The position numbers and the translations under genes were made by a program. From assembly GCA_002269645.1 (NCBI GenBank), contig NIVC01000126.1:1-64000 (forward strand): 64,000 nt of DNA, in the 5' to 3' direction. Within the stretch, counting starts at the first letter, position 1; every line of letters begins with the position of its first letter. Shown one piece after another: positions 12,801-27,800 of the stretch. The notes under the pieces are model-generated. The model worked only from the letters and a program-made list of their open reading frames with translations. It ran no database searches and had not been told where the DNA came from. Origin of the DNA: Macrostomum lignano. Taxonomy: Eukaryota.

Positions 12801-15800
12801 CTAGCGGGAGCAGAACCGATAGATAATAAAGTTTCACAGCTGGCTAAAAAAGATCCTAAACAAAAATTTTGCTATCACGCTTGACCGATTGGTCACCTCG
12901 GCAGTGATTCCAATTTCCATGAGCCACTTTATCATTCCTCCCTCCCTCTCACCCTATTGCCTAATTTCTCACACCCCGCTCCCCGCTCCCCTTCCGTTCC
13001 GCTGATCTCTCTCCGCAGCAGCACTCTCGATTTCAATCCGTGTGGAATTGAGTTTCTCGTCGGGCCAATGAAATGATGAATGCGCCTGCCTGGTCTCAGG
13101 CCGCTCTGCAGCCAATTTCTTGAAGGAAAATCAAAGCCAATCAAATTTCTGCCGCTGTCCACCAATGTTGTTTTTTAGCTAGACTAGCTCAAGCGTCTGC
13201 GCATGTGTCCGACAGAAGCATTTAATCTTGGAATTCCTAGGAAAACAAATTCCTTTTCTGAGAAGGATTTTCTGTACAAGGGGCGAGGGAAGTTCTGAAG
13301 GCTTAACGCCAGGGCGACCCTGCCAATAGGTCTATAGCTAAATCCATCGGCTAGAAGGACTCAAACTAGGGACACTAAGGACAAAAAACTGTTTATGCAC
13401 TTCCAGGAAAGCCTTGGAAAATCCGAAAGCCCGGGTCTGAGCTTCGAGTCCAGGCACAAGTTTCCAGGATTCAATGATCTTCTAAGTGCTTTCGCAATCT
13501 TTATGAGTAAATTTCTAGAGCCTAGATTCTATATCCATGGATATCTAGATTCTGAGATCTCTAGACTCTCAAATGTTTAGATCCTTCTATCTCTACATAC
13601 TTAAACCTCTAGATTCTCAGATCTTTAATACGCTCGTAGATCCTTAGATCTCTGCATACATAGATATCTAGATCCTGAGATCTCTATACCCATAGATATC
13701 TAGATCCTGAGATCTCTACATCCATAGATATTTAGATCCTTAGATCTCTGCATCCATAGATATCTAGATCTTTAGATCTCTACGGAGATCTCTCTATGGA
13801 GATATTAAATCCATAGACCTCTGGATTCTGAGATGTCTAGTTCCTTAAAACTCTTCATCCATAAGCTTCTAGATTCTCAGATTTCTATTAGATCCTTAGA
13901 TCTCTACATCCATATACCTCTAGATTCTCAGATGTCTAGATCCTTAGATCTCTACTAGATCCTTAAATTTCTAAATCCCTAATTCCTTAGCTTTGTAGAT
14001 AAAACATTAATCTGTCAAAATATTAGAATGCGCAAATGCATTAAGTATTATATTTTTCAGTTCAGAATTTCCATATACAATAATTTTTCTTGGCCAAAGA
14101 AACTGTGTGTTTCTTTTGACAGATCCAGCAATTAAAAACAGCCACAAGCTTCGCAAGTTTCTTCTGCCAACTGTCAGTTGTAAATTTGAAGTGACCCTTT
14201 GCGCTTTTGTCGCGCTGTCATATTCTACAGGCAGCCAGGCTAGTGTAAAAAAGTTGAAAACTATAAAAAACCGAAAGTCTGACTGCAATCGAGAGGTCAC
14301 ACACACACAGGCCCGCGGTCACTGCAAGATTTGAAAAGAATGTTTAGTGAAATTGAAATCGAAGAAAATGGTGCTTGGCTATACCACACAAACCCAGCTT
14401 AACTTAGGTTTAATGAGAATTTAGCTGTATTTAAATTTCTTTCCCATAATAATATTTGATTACACCTGCCCTAATGGGCAGATGTGCAACCGACAGCTCA
14501 GCCGCAGCTATTGCGCGGCGCATCTGAAGGCTGCGTATGGCTGTTCAGTCCAAGGACTGGGGGGTCGCCACACAAGTGTCTTGGTCAAGAACACAAATTG
14601 TTCTCAGTGGGTCGAGAATCGAACCCCGACCGACTCAGTCGTGAGTCGCTAGACTAGACTACACTAGACTACAACCTTTTTCACATATTTACAATAAATC
14701 CTATATATTTTAACTAAATACATCTTCGAATTTTATGTCTATAGTTAGACTTCAGCTGTCAAAGTCGCAACGAACCCGATGTTTAAGGAAAGGAGTTTTT
14801 AAGTGAGCAAATACATGATATTTGAGTCATACGTGGCCATAGAGTTTTGTCACAGACTGAGAGCCAGCATAATTCAAAGAAAGCGATTTGACTTAGCACG
14901 GATACAGTGAACCTTTAGCTGACTGCAGCAGCAGACCTTGGAATTACCGGTAGTAACAGAAGTCGGTGTTTAGTTATCACTTTTCAGACTGATGTTAAAC
15001 AACTACGAGTAGTTTTATTTATTGCAAGTCTGGATGTCCAATTGATCTAGGCTTGCTTGAATTTCAAGGCGAATTTTTTTTCATCTAGGAGTTTGCGTGT
15101 TGTCTATGGCCCAACCTGTAGGGGGGGGGAGGGAGGGACGTAGCCTAGTGGTCTGGCGCGGCGCTCTTAAATTTATGTTCCAGAGGTCCAGGCTCGATTC
15201 CAAGTGCAGTCACATTAGTCCGGAGCTATATAGTAATCTCGGCATAAGTCTACTTGTGCAATTAACTGCCTTGAAGTTGAAGGCCAACCCCCAAGGCACA
15301 GTGAAGTGTACATGCCTAACGATAAATAAAGTCAAGGCCGCTGTACACTCCTGTGTGAGTGTGTGCCTGTGCGTATGACGTATCTGCGCGCTTGTGTGCC
15401 TGCTCAGGGGAGTCGGTGGAATGGGCAGTAATGCCTCTCGTCGGTTGTGCGACAATTTCGCTTAAAGTGCGCCAGGGTGCACACAGCCCCTGCCTCTAGT
15501 AAAAAATAGTCTAACTCGTACACTTTCAACTTTAAATGACCGTTTAAGCTTAAATTCTAGCTAACATTTTTCTACTCTCGACCTAGTGCTAAATATTTCT
15601 CTTTTCTAGAATATTTTTGTTGAAAGTTCAAATCGTATTGTAATATCAGAGTGTAGGATCTATTTTTGCGCGAATGCATAGGCAAGGAACATGGGTAGGC
15701 ATATATAGACTCTTCGCCAGGTAGGGGCACTCGCTACATGCTTGAAGTTTTCGAAATCCTTGCGGCTAGCTACCCGACCAGCAACCGAAGTGTCCGATTT

Positions 15801-18800
15801 CAAGAGCTTGGGCCCTCATTAAGGGCTAAGCGGAGCAAACCAGAATGAAAGTGAAAGTTCGAGTATTTACCTGCGCAGTTAGTTGCTGGGGCAAACAATT
15901 TAGCAACAAAAATAAGCGCTTGATTCTTCTCCTGATGCTTTTTGTGTACATTCTGGATACGTGATCTGAGTAGATATTGTGGGAGTAATGAAGTATGCTT
16001 GTAAAATTTAGTTTAGATTTAGATTTAGAAATTTAGATTCTGTATTCTAATTAATATCCGTAATCTATTCTGCCTGTGTAATTTAAGTACATGCAATTCA
16101 TGTAATCAAGTCAGTTCGTATAATCGACAAGTACTCTGTGTGTGTAATCTGATCCAATTTGTGTAATCTAATAAGCTTGTGTAATTTGATCAGTTTGTGT
16201 AATCCAAATGGTTTGTGTAATCTAGTCAGTTTGTGTAATCCAATTAGTTTGTGTAATCCAATTAGTTTGTGTAATCTAGTCAGTTTGTGTAATCCAATTA
16301 GTTTGTGTAATCCAATTAGTTTGTGTAATCTAGTCAGTTTGTGTAATCCAATCGGTTTGTGTAATCCAGTTAGTTTGTGTAATCCAATTATTTTGTGTAA
16401 TCCAATTATTTTGTGTAATCTAGTCAGTCTGTGTAATGCAATTAGTTTGTGTAATCTAGTCAGTTTGTGTAATCCAAATAGTTTGTGTAATCCAGTCTTC
16501 GTGTTAACTGAAAACTTTCTAGCAGCAGTGAAAAACCGGCTTCTAGTACAGAGACTCATTTTTTTCTGTGGCTTCCAATGAAATTTGTGCAATTCTACTT
16601 AGATTTTCCATGCGCGTTGTGTGTAACGAACTGACAGCAATACTCGAGCGCATCAGAAATAGCATCTACTAGCCAATTGACCAACGCGTGAGAAATGAAA
16701 CTAAATTCGCGGCGCGCAGATGCGTGCGTGCTCTGTGCTAGATTAATTATGTGCCAGGCACAATAGAGTCCATCAAACTGTATTAAAATAATTTACGAAT
16801 TCAACAACAATATCGGCTGCGAAATGCATGCTATATTAAACTTGAGTATGGCTATCTATAATAAATGGATTCTCTGCGGGGTGCTGTTACTAAAAATAAA
16901 CTCATCACTAATGTGAGTGCAAGAAAATATTCTCTTTTAAAAATATAGATGCCTTAATATGTACGTGTCATTTTGACAAGTCTCGCGGTGCCAATAAAGT
17001 GCCCTTTTTATGGGTCTCGAGTGTCATCAAAGTGCCATTTAGACAGGTCTCGCTGTGCCATCAAAGCGTCATTTTTAAAGGTCTTGAGTGTCATAAAGTG
17101 CCATTTTTAAAGGTCTCGCGGTGCCATCAAAGTGCCATTTTTAACGGTCTCGTGGTGCCATCAAAATGTCATTTTAACAAGTTTTGCGTTGCCATCAAAG
17201 TGCCATTTTGAAAATATAAGTGTCAGAAAAAGAACGTTTTTTAATATTTGTCTCCAAAACATAATTTCGATGCCGAAATTTTAACTTACAATTGGAATAT
17301 TTTTAATTAATTAAGTCAGCCATAGTTGCTTGGTTCAGGTAGTTTTCATTTTAAGTTATACTAGAACATGGATTCTACCTTCTTTGCATGAACAGTTCAC
17401 AGATAAATGCAGAAATAAAACTGTCAGATCCGCAAGAAGCTGACACCAATACCAAATTTGATGGATTGTATTTTTCCACTAGCCATGTCTCCCAGACTTT
17501 CTCACTCGGGAGGAACAAAAAATAACCGTTTTTTTAATTAAACTTTCTCATCAATCACAAGAGCTCTCACTCTCTCTCTCTCCTCAGCCCCCCCCCTCCC
17601 GATCGAGCAACTCGAGCAGCTCTCCATATCCGTTTCGTTTAGTCTTCCGCCTCGCTGAGCACCGACTGTGAGGTGTCGCTTTTTAGAACAAAAAACGGAG
17701 TGGGAGTTGAGAAATCAGCGTAGCATGAGACTGAGTCTGAACAGACTCCGAACTTTAAGCTTGTCGAGCTAAGTTTAACAAAATCCCATTAAAATCTTGC
17801 ACCGTATTAAATTTGTTTAAGTCACAGACAGACTGGCTGATTAAAAAAATCCTTTCATGCTTACAATAAAAACCCAGGAACATAATTCGCTCGCCTCACT
17901 GAATTGTAAAGGAGTAAGAAAATTGGACTCACTTATTTTACAGAGGAAATGGAGACTTCAGTTTACAAATTCAAGGTGCCACTTTTGATCTGTATGTGCC
18001 ACTTTCAATCTGGAGGTGCCACTTTCAAACCGAGGATGCCGCTTTCAACCCGGAGATGCCACTTTCAACCCGGGATGCCACTTTCAATACGGGGATGCCA
18101 CTTTCAATCCGGAGATGCCACTTTCAATCCGGAGATGCCACTTTCAATCCAAAGATGCCACTTTCAATCCGGAGATGCTACTTTCAATCCGGAGATGCCA
18201 CTTTCAATCCGGAGATGCCACTTTCAATCCGGGGATGCCACTTTCAATCCGGAGATGCCACTTTCAATCCGGAGATGCCACTTTCAATCCGGAGGTGCCA
18301 CTTTCAATCCAGAGATGCCACTTTCAATCCGGGGATGCCACTTTCAATCTGGAGATGCCACTTTCAATCCGGAGATGCCACTTTCAACCCGGGGATGTCA
18401 CTTTCAATCCGGAGATGCCACTTTCAATCCGGAGATGCCACTTTCATTCCGGGGATGCCACTTTCAACCCGGAGATGCCACTTTCAATCCGGGGATGCCA
18501 CTTTCAACCCGGAGATGCCACTTTGAATCCGGAGATGCCACTTTCAATCCGGGGATGTCACTTTCAATCCGGAGATGCCACTTTCAATCCGGATGTGCCA
18601 CTTTCAACCCGGGGATGTCACTTTCAATCCGGAGATGCCACTTTCAATCCGGAGATGCCACTTTCAATCCGGATGTGCCACTTTCAATCCGGGGATGCCA
18701 CTTTTAATCCGGAGATGCCACTTTCAATCCGGAGATGCCACTTTCAATCCGGGGATGTCACTTTCAATCCGGAGATGCCACTTTCGATCCGGATGTGCCA

Positions 18801-21800
18801 CTTTCAATCCGGGGATGCCACTTTTAATCCGGAGATGCCACTTTCAATCCGGAGATGCCACTTTCAATCCGGGGATGTCACTTTCAATCCGGAGATGCCA
18901 CTTTCAATCCGGATGTGCCACTTTCAATCCGGGGATGCCACTTTTAATCCGGAGATGCCACTTTCAATCCGGAGATGCCACTTTCAATCCGGGGATGTCA
19001 CTTTCAATCCGGAGATGCCACTTTCAATCCGGATGTGCCACTTTCAATCCGGGGATGCCACTTTTAATCCGGAGATGCCACTTTCAATCCGGAGATGCCA
19101 CTTTCAATCCGGGGATGTCACTTTCAATCCGGAGATGCCACTTTCAATCCGGATGTGCCACTTTCAATCCGGGGATGCCACTTTTAATCCGGAGATGCCA
19201 CTTTCAATCCGGAATGCCACTTTCAATCCGGGGATGTCACTTTCAATCCGGAGATGCCACTTTCAATCCGGAGGTGCCACTTTCAACCCGGGGATGTCAC
19301 TTTCAATCCGGAGATGCCACTTTCAATCCGGAGGTGCCACTTCAATCCGGAGATGCCACTTTCAATCCGGAGATGCCACTTTCAATCCGGAGGTGCCACT
19401 TTCAATCCGGAGATGCCACTTTCAATCCGGAGGTGCCACTTTCAAAATCAAAGGCGCCATTATCAGAATCTGTTAGGATGCCAAACTCAATTCAGATGTT
19501 TAAATCAGAGGACTTAGTTTGAGAAGTTAAATCTAAAGGCCTGTTTAATTTAGGACTACTTACTCAGTTGATTAAATATATCCCTATATCGTGTCAAAAA
19601 TGTCACTTACAAAGCGGAACTCCACCAAAACTGCGATAGATACAAAAAACGTTTTTGGCGTATTTGACATTTGCATAGGTTAATACAGTTGCTAAGGAGA
19701 AGCCGGTTTAGCAAGTAGCTATAATAGAGCTTTGTGCATTCAATTCAGAAAATTGCTGAGTGTATAGGAACTATAGGAAGCCATCTAAAGCCGGTAACCG
19801 GATGAGGGGCAAATATAGACTCCCAATTTGAAATTCTGCCTGATGAAACCTTACCAGTTGCATTTTCAGTGGTGGCAAGCTGTTTATATTGACAGACTTA
19901 CAATATAGTATAAGGCAATTTTTTATAACGCGCGAATGACGCAATATGCGAGACGCATCGCCGACAAAGCTTTTCAGAGCCCGCATACGAACTGATTAGT
20001 TGATAGGTATTAGAAAAGCTTTTATCAGATTGCTATCCATTGCAAACCCTGTTCAATGTGAGGGCTACCATGATAGTGTCATTCACAAAAGCACCCCACG
20101 TGTGCGAGGTTTCAACGACCAACTGATATTTGTCTGTCACGTGCGTCTATCTATGAGACTTTTGAGAAGCATATAGATATAAGAGAAGCGGCCTGGAAAG
20201 TAGAAAGTGTTTCCAAGAATATGAGCTCAGGGGTTTTTCTGGGTCCTGGTATCACTTCTTTACATGTATAAACCAACTTATCCTCACTTCAATAGAATGG
20301 ATTGCTAATCTAGCCAATATCACGGATGAAGGAATAGAATGGATTGCTAATCTAGCCAATATCACGGATGAAGGAATAAAATGGATTGCTAATCTAGCCA
20401 ATATCACGGATGAAGGAATAGAATGGATTGCTGATCTAGCCAATATCACGGATGAAGAAATAGAACGGATTGCTAATCTAGCCAATATCACGGATGAAGG
20501 AATAGAACGGATTGCTAATCTCGCCAATATCACGGATGAAGGAATAGAACGGATTGCTAATCTAGCCAATATCACGGATGAAGGAATAGAATGGATTGCT
20601 AATCTAGCCAAACTAAATGAAGTCAGAAAATTCAAGTATCAGCACCCCAAGCCAAGGTCAGAAAATTTAGCGAATCGCGAGCTCACAGCATGCGGACCGA
20701 ATGTCGGTCTTAGCCGAGCCAGTTTAAAGAAATCGGGGACAATTTCCCTCCCCGCTATTTAGCTTTAATGGAATGATGTCGTTATAAAGCGCCCAGGAAG
20801 CCCCTCAGAGTCAAGGAGAATATTTTTGAGTAGCTTAGGGATGCTCCTCGAGAAAGGAAATTACTCTAAACTAATGCTTCCCTCGCTTTTAGCAGATGGG
20901 ATTTCAAATTTAAGCCGCTACTTCGCGTGTACTTACTAATGCTTCTAGGAGGGGGGAGTGGGCAATACAGGACTTGAAGAAGTGCGCCATCTTAGCAAAT
21001 CACTCTCGACTCAAACTGAGGCCTCTAGTCTCAGGCATGCTATACGTATTAAACAAGTATCCAGGCAAAAGAGCAAGTAACACTCGAGAGTAGCTCTTAG
21101 TTGTAGGATAAATGCCTGGATTGGATTATAACGCAGCCTCCCTATACGACTCTAACAAGGACTCTTCCTAAGCTGCAGTATTGATTTGTACAGCTTCAAA
21201 GCGAGACTAAATTTATAACCAATGAATTACCTGTGGATTAGGTTGACCAAACTGATAACTGCCCCCACTCCCCCCTATAGAGTGACCCCTACCCCCTGCA
21301 GCTAGACGAATAACGAAGGAACTCAACTTTTGTCACTTAATGGATGTGCCATCCACTGGCCTAGAAGACGGGGGTAGGAGCGACAACCAATGAGACAGGG
21401 GCGCCTACCTAGGAGACAGGGGCGCCCACCCAAGAGACAGGGGCACCTAGCTAGGAGACAGGGGCGCCCACCTAGGAGACAGGGGCGCCCACCCAAGAGA
21501 CAGGGGCGCCCACCCAAGAGACAGGGGCGCCCACCCAAGAGACAGGGGTGCCCACTCAAGAGACAGGGGCGCCCACCCAAGAGACAGGGGCGCCCACCCA
21601 AGAGACAGAGACGCTCACCCAAGAGACAGGGGCGCCCACCCAAGAGACAGGGACGCTCACCCAAGAGACAGGGGCGCCCACCCAAGAGACAGGGGTGCCC
21701 ACCCAAGAGACAGGGGCGCCCACACAAGAGACAGGGGCGCCCACCCAAGAGACAGGGGCGCCCACCCAAGAGACAGGGACGCTCACCCAAGAGACAGGGG

Positions 21801-24800
21801 TGCCCACCCAAGAGACAGGGTGCCCACCCAAGAGACGGGGCGCCCACCCAAGAGACAGGGGCGCCCACACAAGAGACAGGGGCGCCCACCCAAGAGACAG
21901 GGGCGCCCACACAAGAGACAGGGGCGCCCACCCAAGAGGCAGGGGCGCCCACTCAAGAGACAGGGGCGCCCACTCAAGAGACAGGGGCGCCCACCCAAGA
22001 GACAGGGGCGCCCACTCAAGAGACAGGGGCGCCCACTCAAGAGACAGGGGCGCCCACCAAGAGACAGGGGCGCCCACCCAAGAGACAGGGACGCCCACCC
22101 AAGAGACAGGGGCGCCCACTCAAGAGACAGGGGCGCCCACCCAAGAGACAGGGGCGCCCACCCAAGAGACAGGGGCGCCCGCCCAAGAGACAGGGACGCT
22201 CACCCAAGAGACAGGGGTGCCCACCCAACAGACAGGGTGCCCACCCAAGAGACGGGGCGCCCACACAAGAGACAGGGGCGCCCACCCAAGAGACAGGGGC
22301 GCCCACACAAGAGACAGGGGCGCCCACCCAAGAGACAGGGGCGCCCACTCAAGAGACAGGGGCGCCCACTCAAGAGACAGGGGCGCCCACCCAAGAGACA
22401 GGGGCGCCCACCCAAGAGACAGGGGCGCCCACTCAAGAGACAGGGGCGCCCACTCAAGAGACAGGGGCGCCCACCCAAGAGACAGGGGCGCCCACCCAAG
22501 AGACAGGGACGCCCACCCAAGAGACAGGGGCGCCCACTCAAGAGACAGGGGCGCCCACCCAAGAGACAGGGGCGCCCACCCAAGAGACAGGGGCGCCCAC
22601 CCAAGAGACAGGGGCGCCTAGCTAGGAGACAGGGGCGCCCACCCAAGAGACAGGGGCGCCCACTCAAGAGACAGGGGCACCTAGCTAGGAGACAGGGGCG
22701 CCCACCTAGGAGACAGGGGCGCCCACCTAGGAGACAGGGACGCCCACACAAGAGACAGGGCGCCCGCTAAGAGACAGGGGCGCCCACCCAAGAGACAGGG
22801 GTGCCCACTCAAGAGACAGGGGCGCCCACCCAAGAGACAGGGACGCCCGCTCAAGAGACAGGGACGCCCGCCCAAGAGACAGGGGCGCCCACCCAAGAGA
22901 CAGGGACGCCCGCCCAAGAGACAGGGACGCTCACCCAAGAGACAGGGGCGCCCACCCAAGAGACAGGGGTGCCCACTCAAGAGACAGGGGCGCCCACCCA
23001 ATAGACAGGGACGCCCGCCCAAGAGACAGGGACGCCCGCCCAAGAGACAGGGGCGCCCACCCAAGAGACAGGGACGCCCGCCCAAGAGACAGGGACGCTC
23101 ACCCAAGAGACAGGGGCGCCCACCCAAGAGACAGGGGCGCCCACTCAAGAGACAGGGGCGCCCACCCAAGAGACAGGGACGCCCGCCCAAGAGACAGGGA
23201 CGCCCGCCCAAGAGACAGGGGCGCCCACCCAAGAGACAGGGGTGCCCACCCAAGAGACAGGGGTGCCCAATCAAGAGACAGGGGCGCCCACCCAAGAGAC
23301 AGGGACGCCCGCCCAAGAGACAGGGGCGCCCACCCAAGAGACAGGGGTGCCCACTCAAGAGACAGGGGCGCCCACCCAAGAGACAGGGACGCCCGCCCAA
23401 GAGACAGGGGCGCCCACTCAAGAGACAGGGGCGCCCACTCAAGAGACAGGGGCACCTAGCTAGGAGACAGGGGCGCCCACCTAGGAGACAGGGGCGCCCA
23501 CCTAGGAGACAGGGGCGCCCACCTAGGAGACAGGGACGCCCACCCAAGAGACAGGGCGCCCGCTAAGAGACAGGGGCGCCCACCCAAGAGACAGGGGTGC
23601 CCACTCAAGAGACAGGGGCGCCCACCCAAGAGACAGGGACGCCCGCTCAAGAGACAGGGACGCCCGCCCAAGAGACAGGGGCGCCCACCCAAGAGACAGG
23701 GACGCCCACTCAAGAGACAGGGGCACCTAGCTAGGAGACAGGGGCGCCCACCTAGGAGACAGGGGCGCCCACCTAGGAGACAGGGACGCCCACCCAAGAG
23801 ACAGGGCGCCCGCTAAGAGACAGGGGCGCCCACCCAAGAGACAGGGGTGCCCACTCAAGAGACAGGGGCGCCCACCCAAGAGACAGGGACGCCCGCCCAA
23901 GAGACAGGGACGCCCGCCCAAGAGACAGGGGCGCCCACCCAAGAGACAGGGGTGCCCACTCAAGAGACAGGGGCGCCCACCCAAGAGACAGGGACGCCCG
24001 CCCAAGAGACAGGGGCGCCCACCCAAGAGACAGGGGCGCCCACCCAAGAGACAGGGGTGCCCAATCAAGAGACAGGGGCGCCCACCCAAGAGACAGGGAC
24101 GCCCGCCCAAGAGACAGGGGCGCCCACCCAAGAGACAGGGGCGCCCACCCAAGAGACAGGGGTGCCCACTCAAGAGACAGGGGCGCCCACCCAAGAGACA
24201 GGGGCGCCCACCCAAGCGACAGGGGCTCCCACCAAGACAGCAAACATTGGCGCCCCACAGGGCTGCGGCCCCTTAAATTAAAACTCCTGCTTGCAGCTGT
24301 GCTCCTTAGAGGAGAGCAGTGATCAGAGTAGTGAGCCTACAGTTGTCTGAAAGTGGCTGGCGGCTGCTGGAAGTGAGTTCTTACTGACTCCAGGATCTGT
24401 TTCTATAAGGTCTCCTTGGAGTTGGGATCAAACCCGAGGAGGGGAGCAGAGATGATAAAAAGTGAGGAAAATTCCATGAGATATCGTCCTGGGAAATCAG
24501 TTGGCTAAGCAGGGTCCCAATAAGGAAAGCTATCCACTTTTTTATATACATGTATTGTAAACTATAGGCACAGATGCGCCCGCCATTGTGCAGTTGCAGG
24601 AAGTTCCTCAGCCTTACTCAAATCACCCCCTCAAGGGGGGGGGGTGGTTCACAGTCGGGGTGAGAAGGAGTCTCGACACATACTCGTACTAGTCATAGTT
24701 TTATTGCGCTTTGGGGGAAAATCCTAAACTGAAAAAAGTGCGTCCCGGACTGCACAACAGAAAACGCAGACCACGAAGGATACGAATAGAAACAGAAAAA

Positions 24801-27800
24801 GGATGCCTGTTACTGAGGAAGCAGACAACGCGTTCAGCATCAATTCTCCCCAAATGTCCAGTGAGTAATATGAGAATAGGAAGGAAGATCAAGATTTTTT
24901 TCAATCGGGTCAGTAAAAATGAAAATTTATTTTTTTCCTACCTCACACCACAATTGACAAAGGGATGGTAAAGACAGGCAATTCATTGATGATATTAAAA
25001 TACATGGAAGACGTCATGCATCAATAACAATAGCTCTGTGTATATGATGGCATCCACTATAACTCATAGATTAGATTTTGAAACTCACGGTCCCTGCAGA
25101 GGGTGCGAACCAGGCTGAGCTTCGAGCCGCATTCCGAGCGCTGGTAGCAACTGTCGTTAACCATGTGACAGAATTTGACCTGTCTGGCTGAGACTTCGGC
25201 TGAGCACAGTGGCAAGATGAGCAGCAGGATACCTGCAGCTGGAGAGGGGGGTTGGGATGGATTGCTAGTCTAGCCAGCATTGATGAAGGAATAGAATGGA
25301 TTGTAGCCTATAGACGGGGATTGTAGCCTAGTGGTCAGAGCGTCGGACTCACGACTGAGTCGGTGGGGGTTCGATTCTCGATTCACTCGGAACAATTTGT
25401 GTCCTTGAGCGAGACACTTAACTCTGCATTGCTTCAGTTCACCCAGCTGTAAAATGGATGCCAACACTAGCTGAGGTAATTGAGGCTGTGTGTGGCGACC
25501 CCCCAGTCCTTGGACTGAACAGCCGTACGCAGCCTTCAGATGCGCCGCGCAATAGCTGCGGCTGAGCTGTCGGGTGCACATCTGCCCATTGGGGCAGGTG
25601 TAAGTCAATTATTTTTATTATTAGAATAGATTTCTAATCTAGCCAATCATCCAACCTAGACAGTGTCTCCAAAAGACGAGATTTTCGTAGATTCGAAATT
25701 GGAGAAACGCGGTAGGAATGATACACAGGATTGCAGAGTCAGAATGCTTGGTTGGCGCTTGTAGCCGAGAGAACTCATCATCATCATCATCATCATCATC
25801 AGTCAAATTATCGCGGCACCCTAGAGGGAGAGACGGATCGAGAGAAAGGGGCGCAGAGATGAACGAGGCGGCCTCGCCCCAACTGTGTCAAAAATAGAGC
25901 CGACACTGATAAGATAATCACTAAGCCGCGACGAGAGTTGCTGACTGACTGATTATCAAATTTGCGCTTCGGATATCATTCTAGTTATCTCCAAAATAGT
26001 CGCTCTCGGACTCAAAAAATTAATAATTACGCGAGTTTGGGAAAAGCGAGGATAACAGCGGACTGGCTGACAGTTAATCCGTTTGCGTCATTGGACAGAA
26101 GAATCTCTCCCTATGCGGGTGAGTTGATGAGGCAACGGAAGTTGCCATCCAACGGAAGCTGGGACGATGACGCGCTGATGCGCTCAAGTCTCTGGGGACT
26201 CAACAGTCGTGACCCTCACTCCCAGCCCCCGAGGGTCGAAGTTATCAAGGAACTGCCCGGATATACAATTTGACTCTTGGAAGAAGCAAACTAATCAACA
26301 GTAAAAACTTTTGATGAGGCAATCTTGATGAATCTAATAGAGATTTCTGGATCCTAAAGTCCCAATCGCTACATTGGGTTTTTGGAGACATGGGAGATAG
26401 CGACAAGAGACACATCAGACATGGAAGATAGCAACAAGAGACACATCGGGCATGGGAGATAGCGACAAGAGACACATCAGACATGGGAGATAGCGACAAG
26501 AGACACATCAGACATGGGAGATAGCGACAAGAGACACATCAGACATGGGAGATAGCTACAATAGACACATCAGACATGGGAGATAGCTACAATAGACACA
26601 TCAGACATGGGAGATAGCTACAATAGACACACCAGACATGAGAGATAGCGACAAGAGACACATCGGGCATGGGAGATAGCGACCAGAGACACATCGGTCA
26701 TGAGAGATAGCGATAAGAGACACATCGGGTATGGAAGATAGCGATAAGAGACACATCGGGTATGGGAGATAGCGACAAGAGACACATCAGACATGAGAGA
26801 TAGCGACAAGAGACACATCGGGCATGGGAGATAGCGACAAGAGACACACCAGACATGGGAGATAGCAACAAGAGACACATTGGGCATGGAAGATAGCGAC
26901 AAGAGACACATCGGGCATGGGAGATAGCGACAAGAGACACATCAGACATGAGAGATAGCGACAAGAGACACATCGGGCATGGGAGATAGCGACAAGAGAC
27001 ACTGTAAAAGTATTCTTCAAAGCATTGATGTAAAGGGTTTTTAACGGCAACAGAAGTCAGTTTTTTGTCAATAAGAGGACTTGATGTCTTCTTAAAGCTT
27101 TTTTTACCTCGCTTCCCCAACCTACCTGCGAAAGAGGGGGGGGGGGGTAAGTAAAAAATTGCAAGCTAACGTTTTCATTTTCGTTCGCTTTCTCGGGCGA
27201 TTTTTTCCCGGTAATAAAAATGATAATATATATTAACTAACATAGCTATAGACAAATGATACATACTGAGCGCAAGGTATCTGCAGATGCTTGTACTAGT
27301 AATTAGATAACAATAGCTTGATCCTTTATCTATCTAGCCTAACGTTGCTCATAATGCTATATCTCTGTTTAGGCATCTCAGCCGGCATATATGTTTTGAT
27401 GCTTCTTCTGAAACGAGAATCTAAGCAATGATTTGATTTAGTTTAGATCCAAATACACGAAATGCAGTGCATTAATGACGGGTTTTTATTTCGATGTTCG
27501 AACAGCAAACTGTTCAACTGTTTTTCTCCTTAGTCTATAATACTCTCATTGAATACCAGTTTGCAGCTCCCATCTAGTCTATGGAATTGTATATCTAGTA
27601 TATAGGATTCCCCATCTAGTCTATAGGTTTCCCCCATCTAGTCTATAGGATTCACCATATAGTCTATAGGATTCCCCATCCACTCTATAGGATTCACCAT
27701 CTAGTCTATAGGATTCACCATATAGTCTATAGGATTCACCATCTAGTCTATAGGATTCCCCATCTAGTCTATAGGATTCACCATCTAGTCTATAGAGTTC

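Noticed and set aside
12960-14330. Possible extra receptor exons near 12960-13130 and 14100-14310
   Set aside because: No diagnostic Cys spacing or phase-compatible open frame, and domain 1 is already complete without them.
24620-24700. Polypurine tract AAGGGGGGGGGG followed by TG as a possible LTR start (similar G-run at ~27135)
   Set aside because: No paired LTR, PBS or gag/pol remnants could be identified.
25316-25390. tRNA genes at the A/B-box sites (also 15135, 14600-14676, 31130-31190)
   Set aside because: No complete cloverleaf or acceptor stem could be built, and each continues into a SINE-like body; treated as SINE heads.
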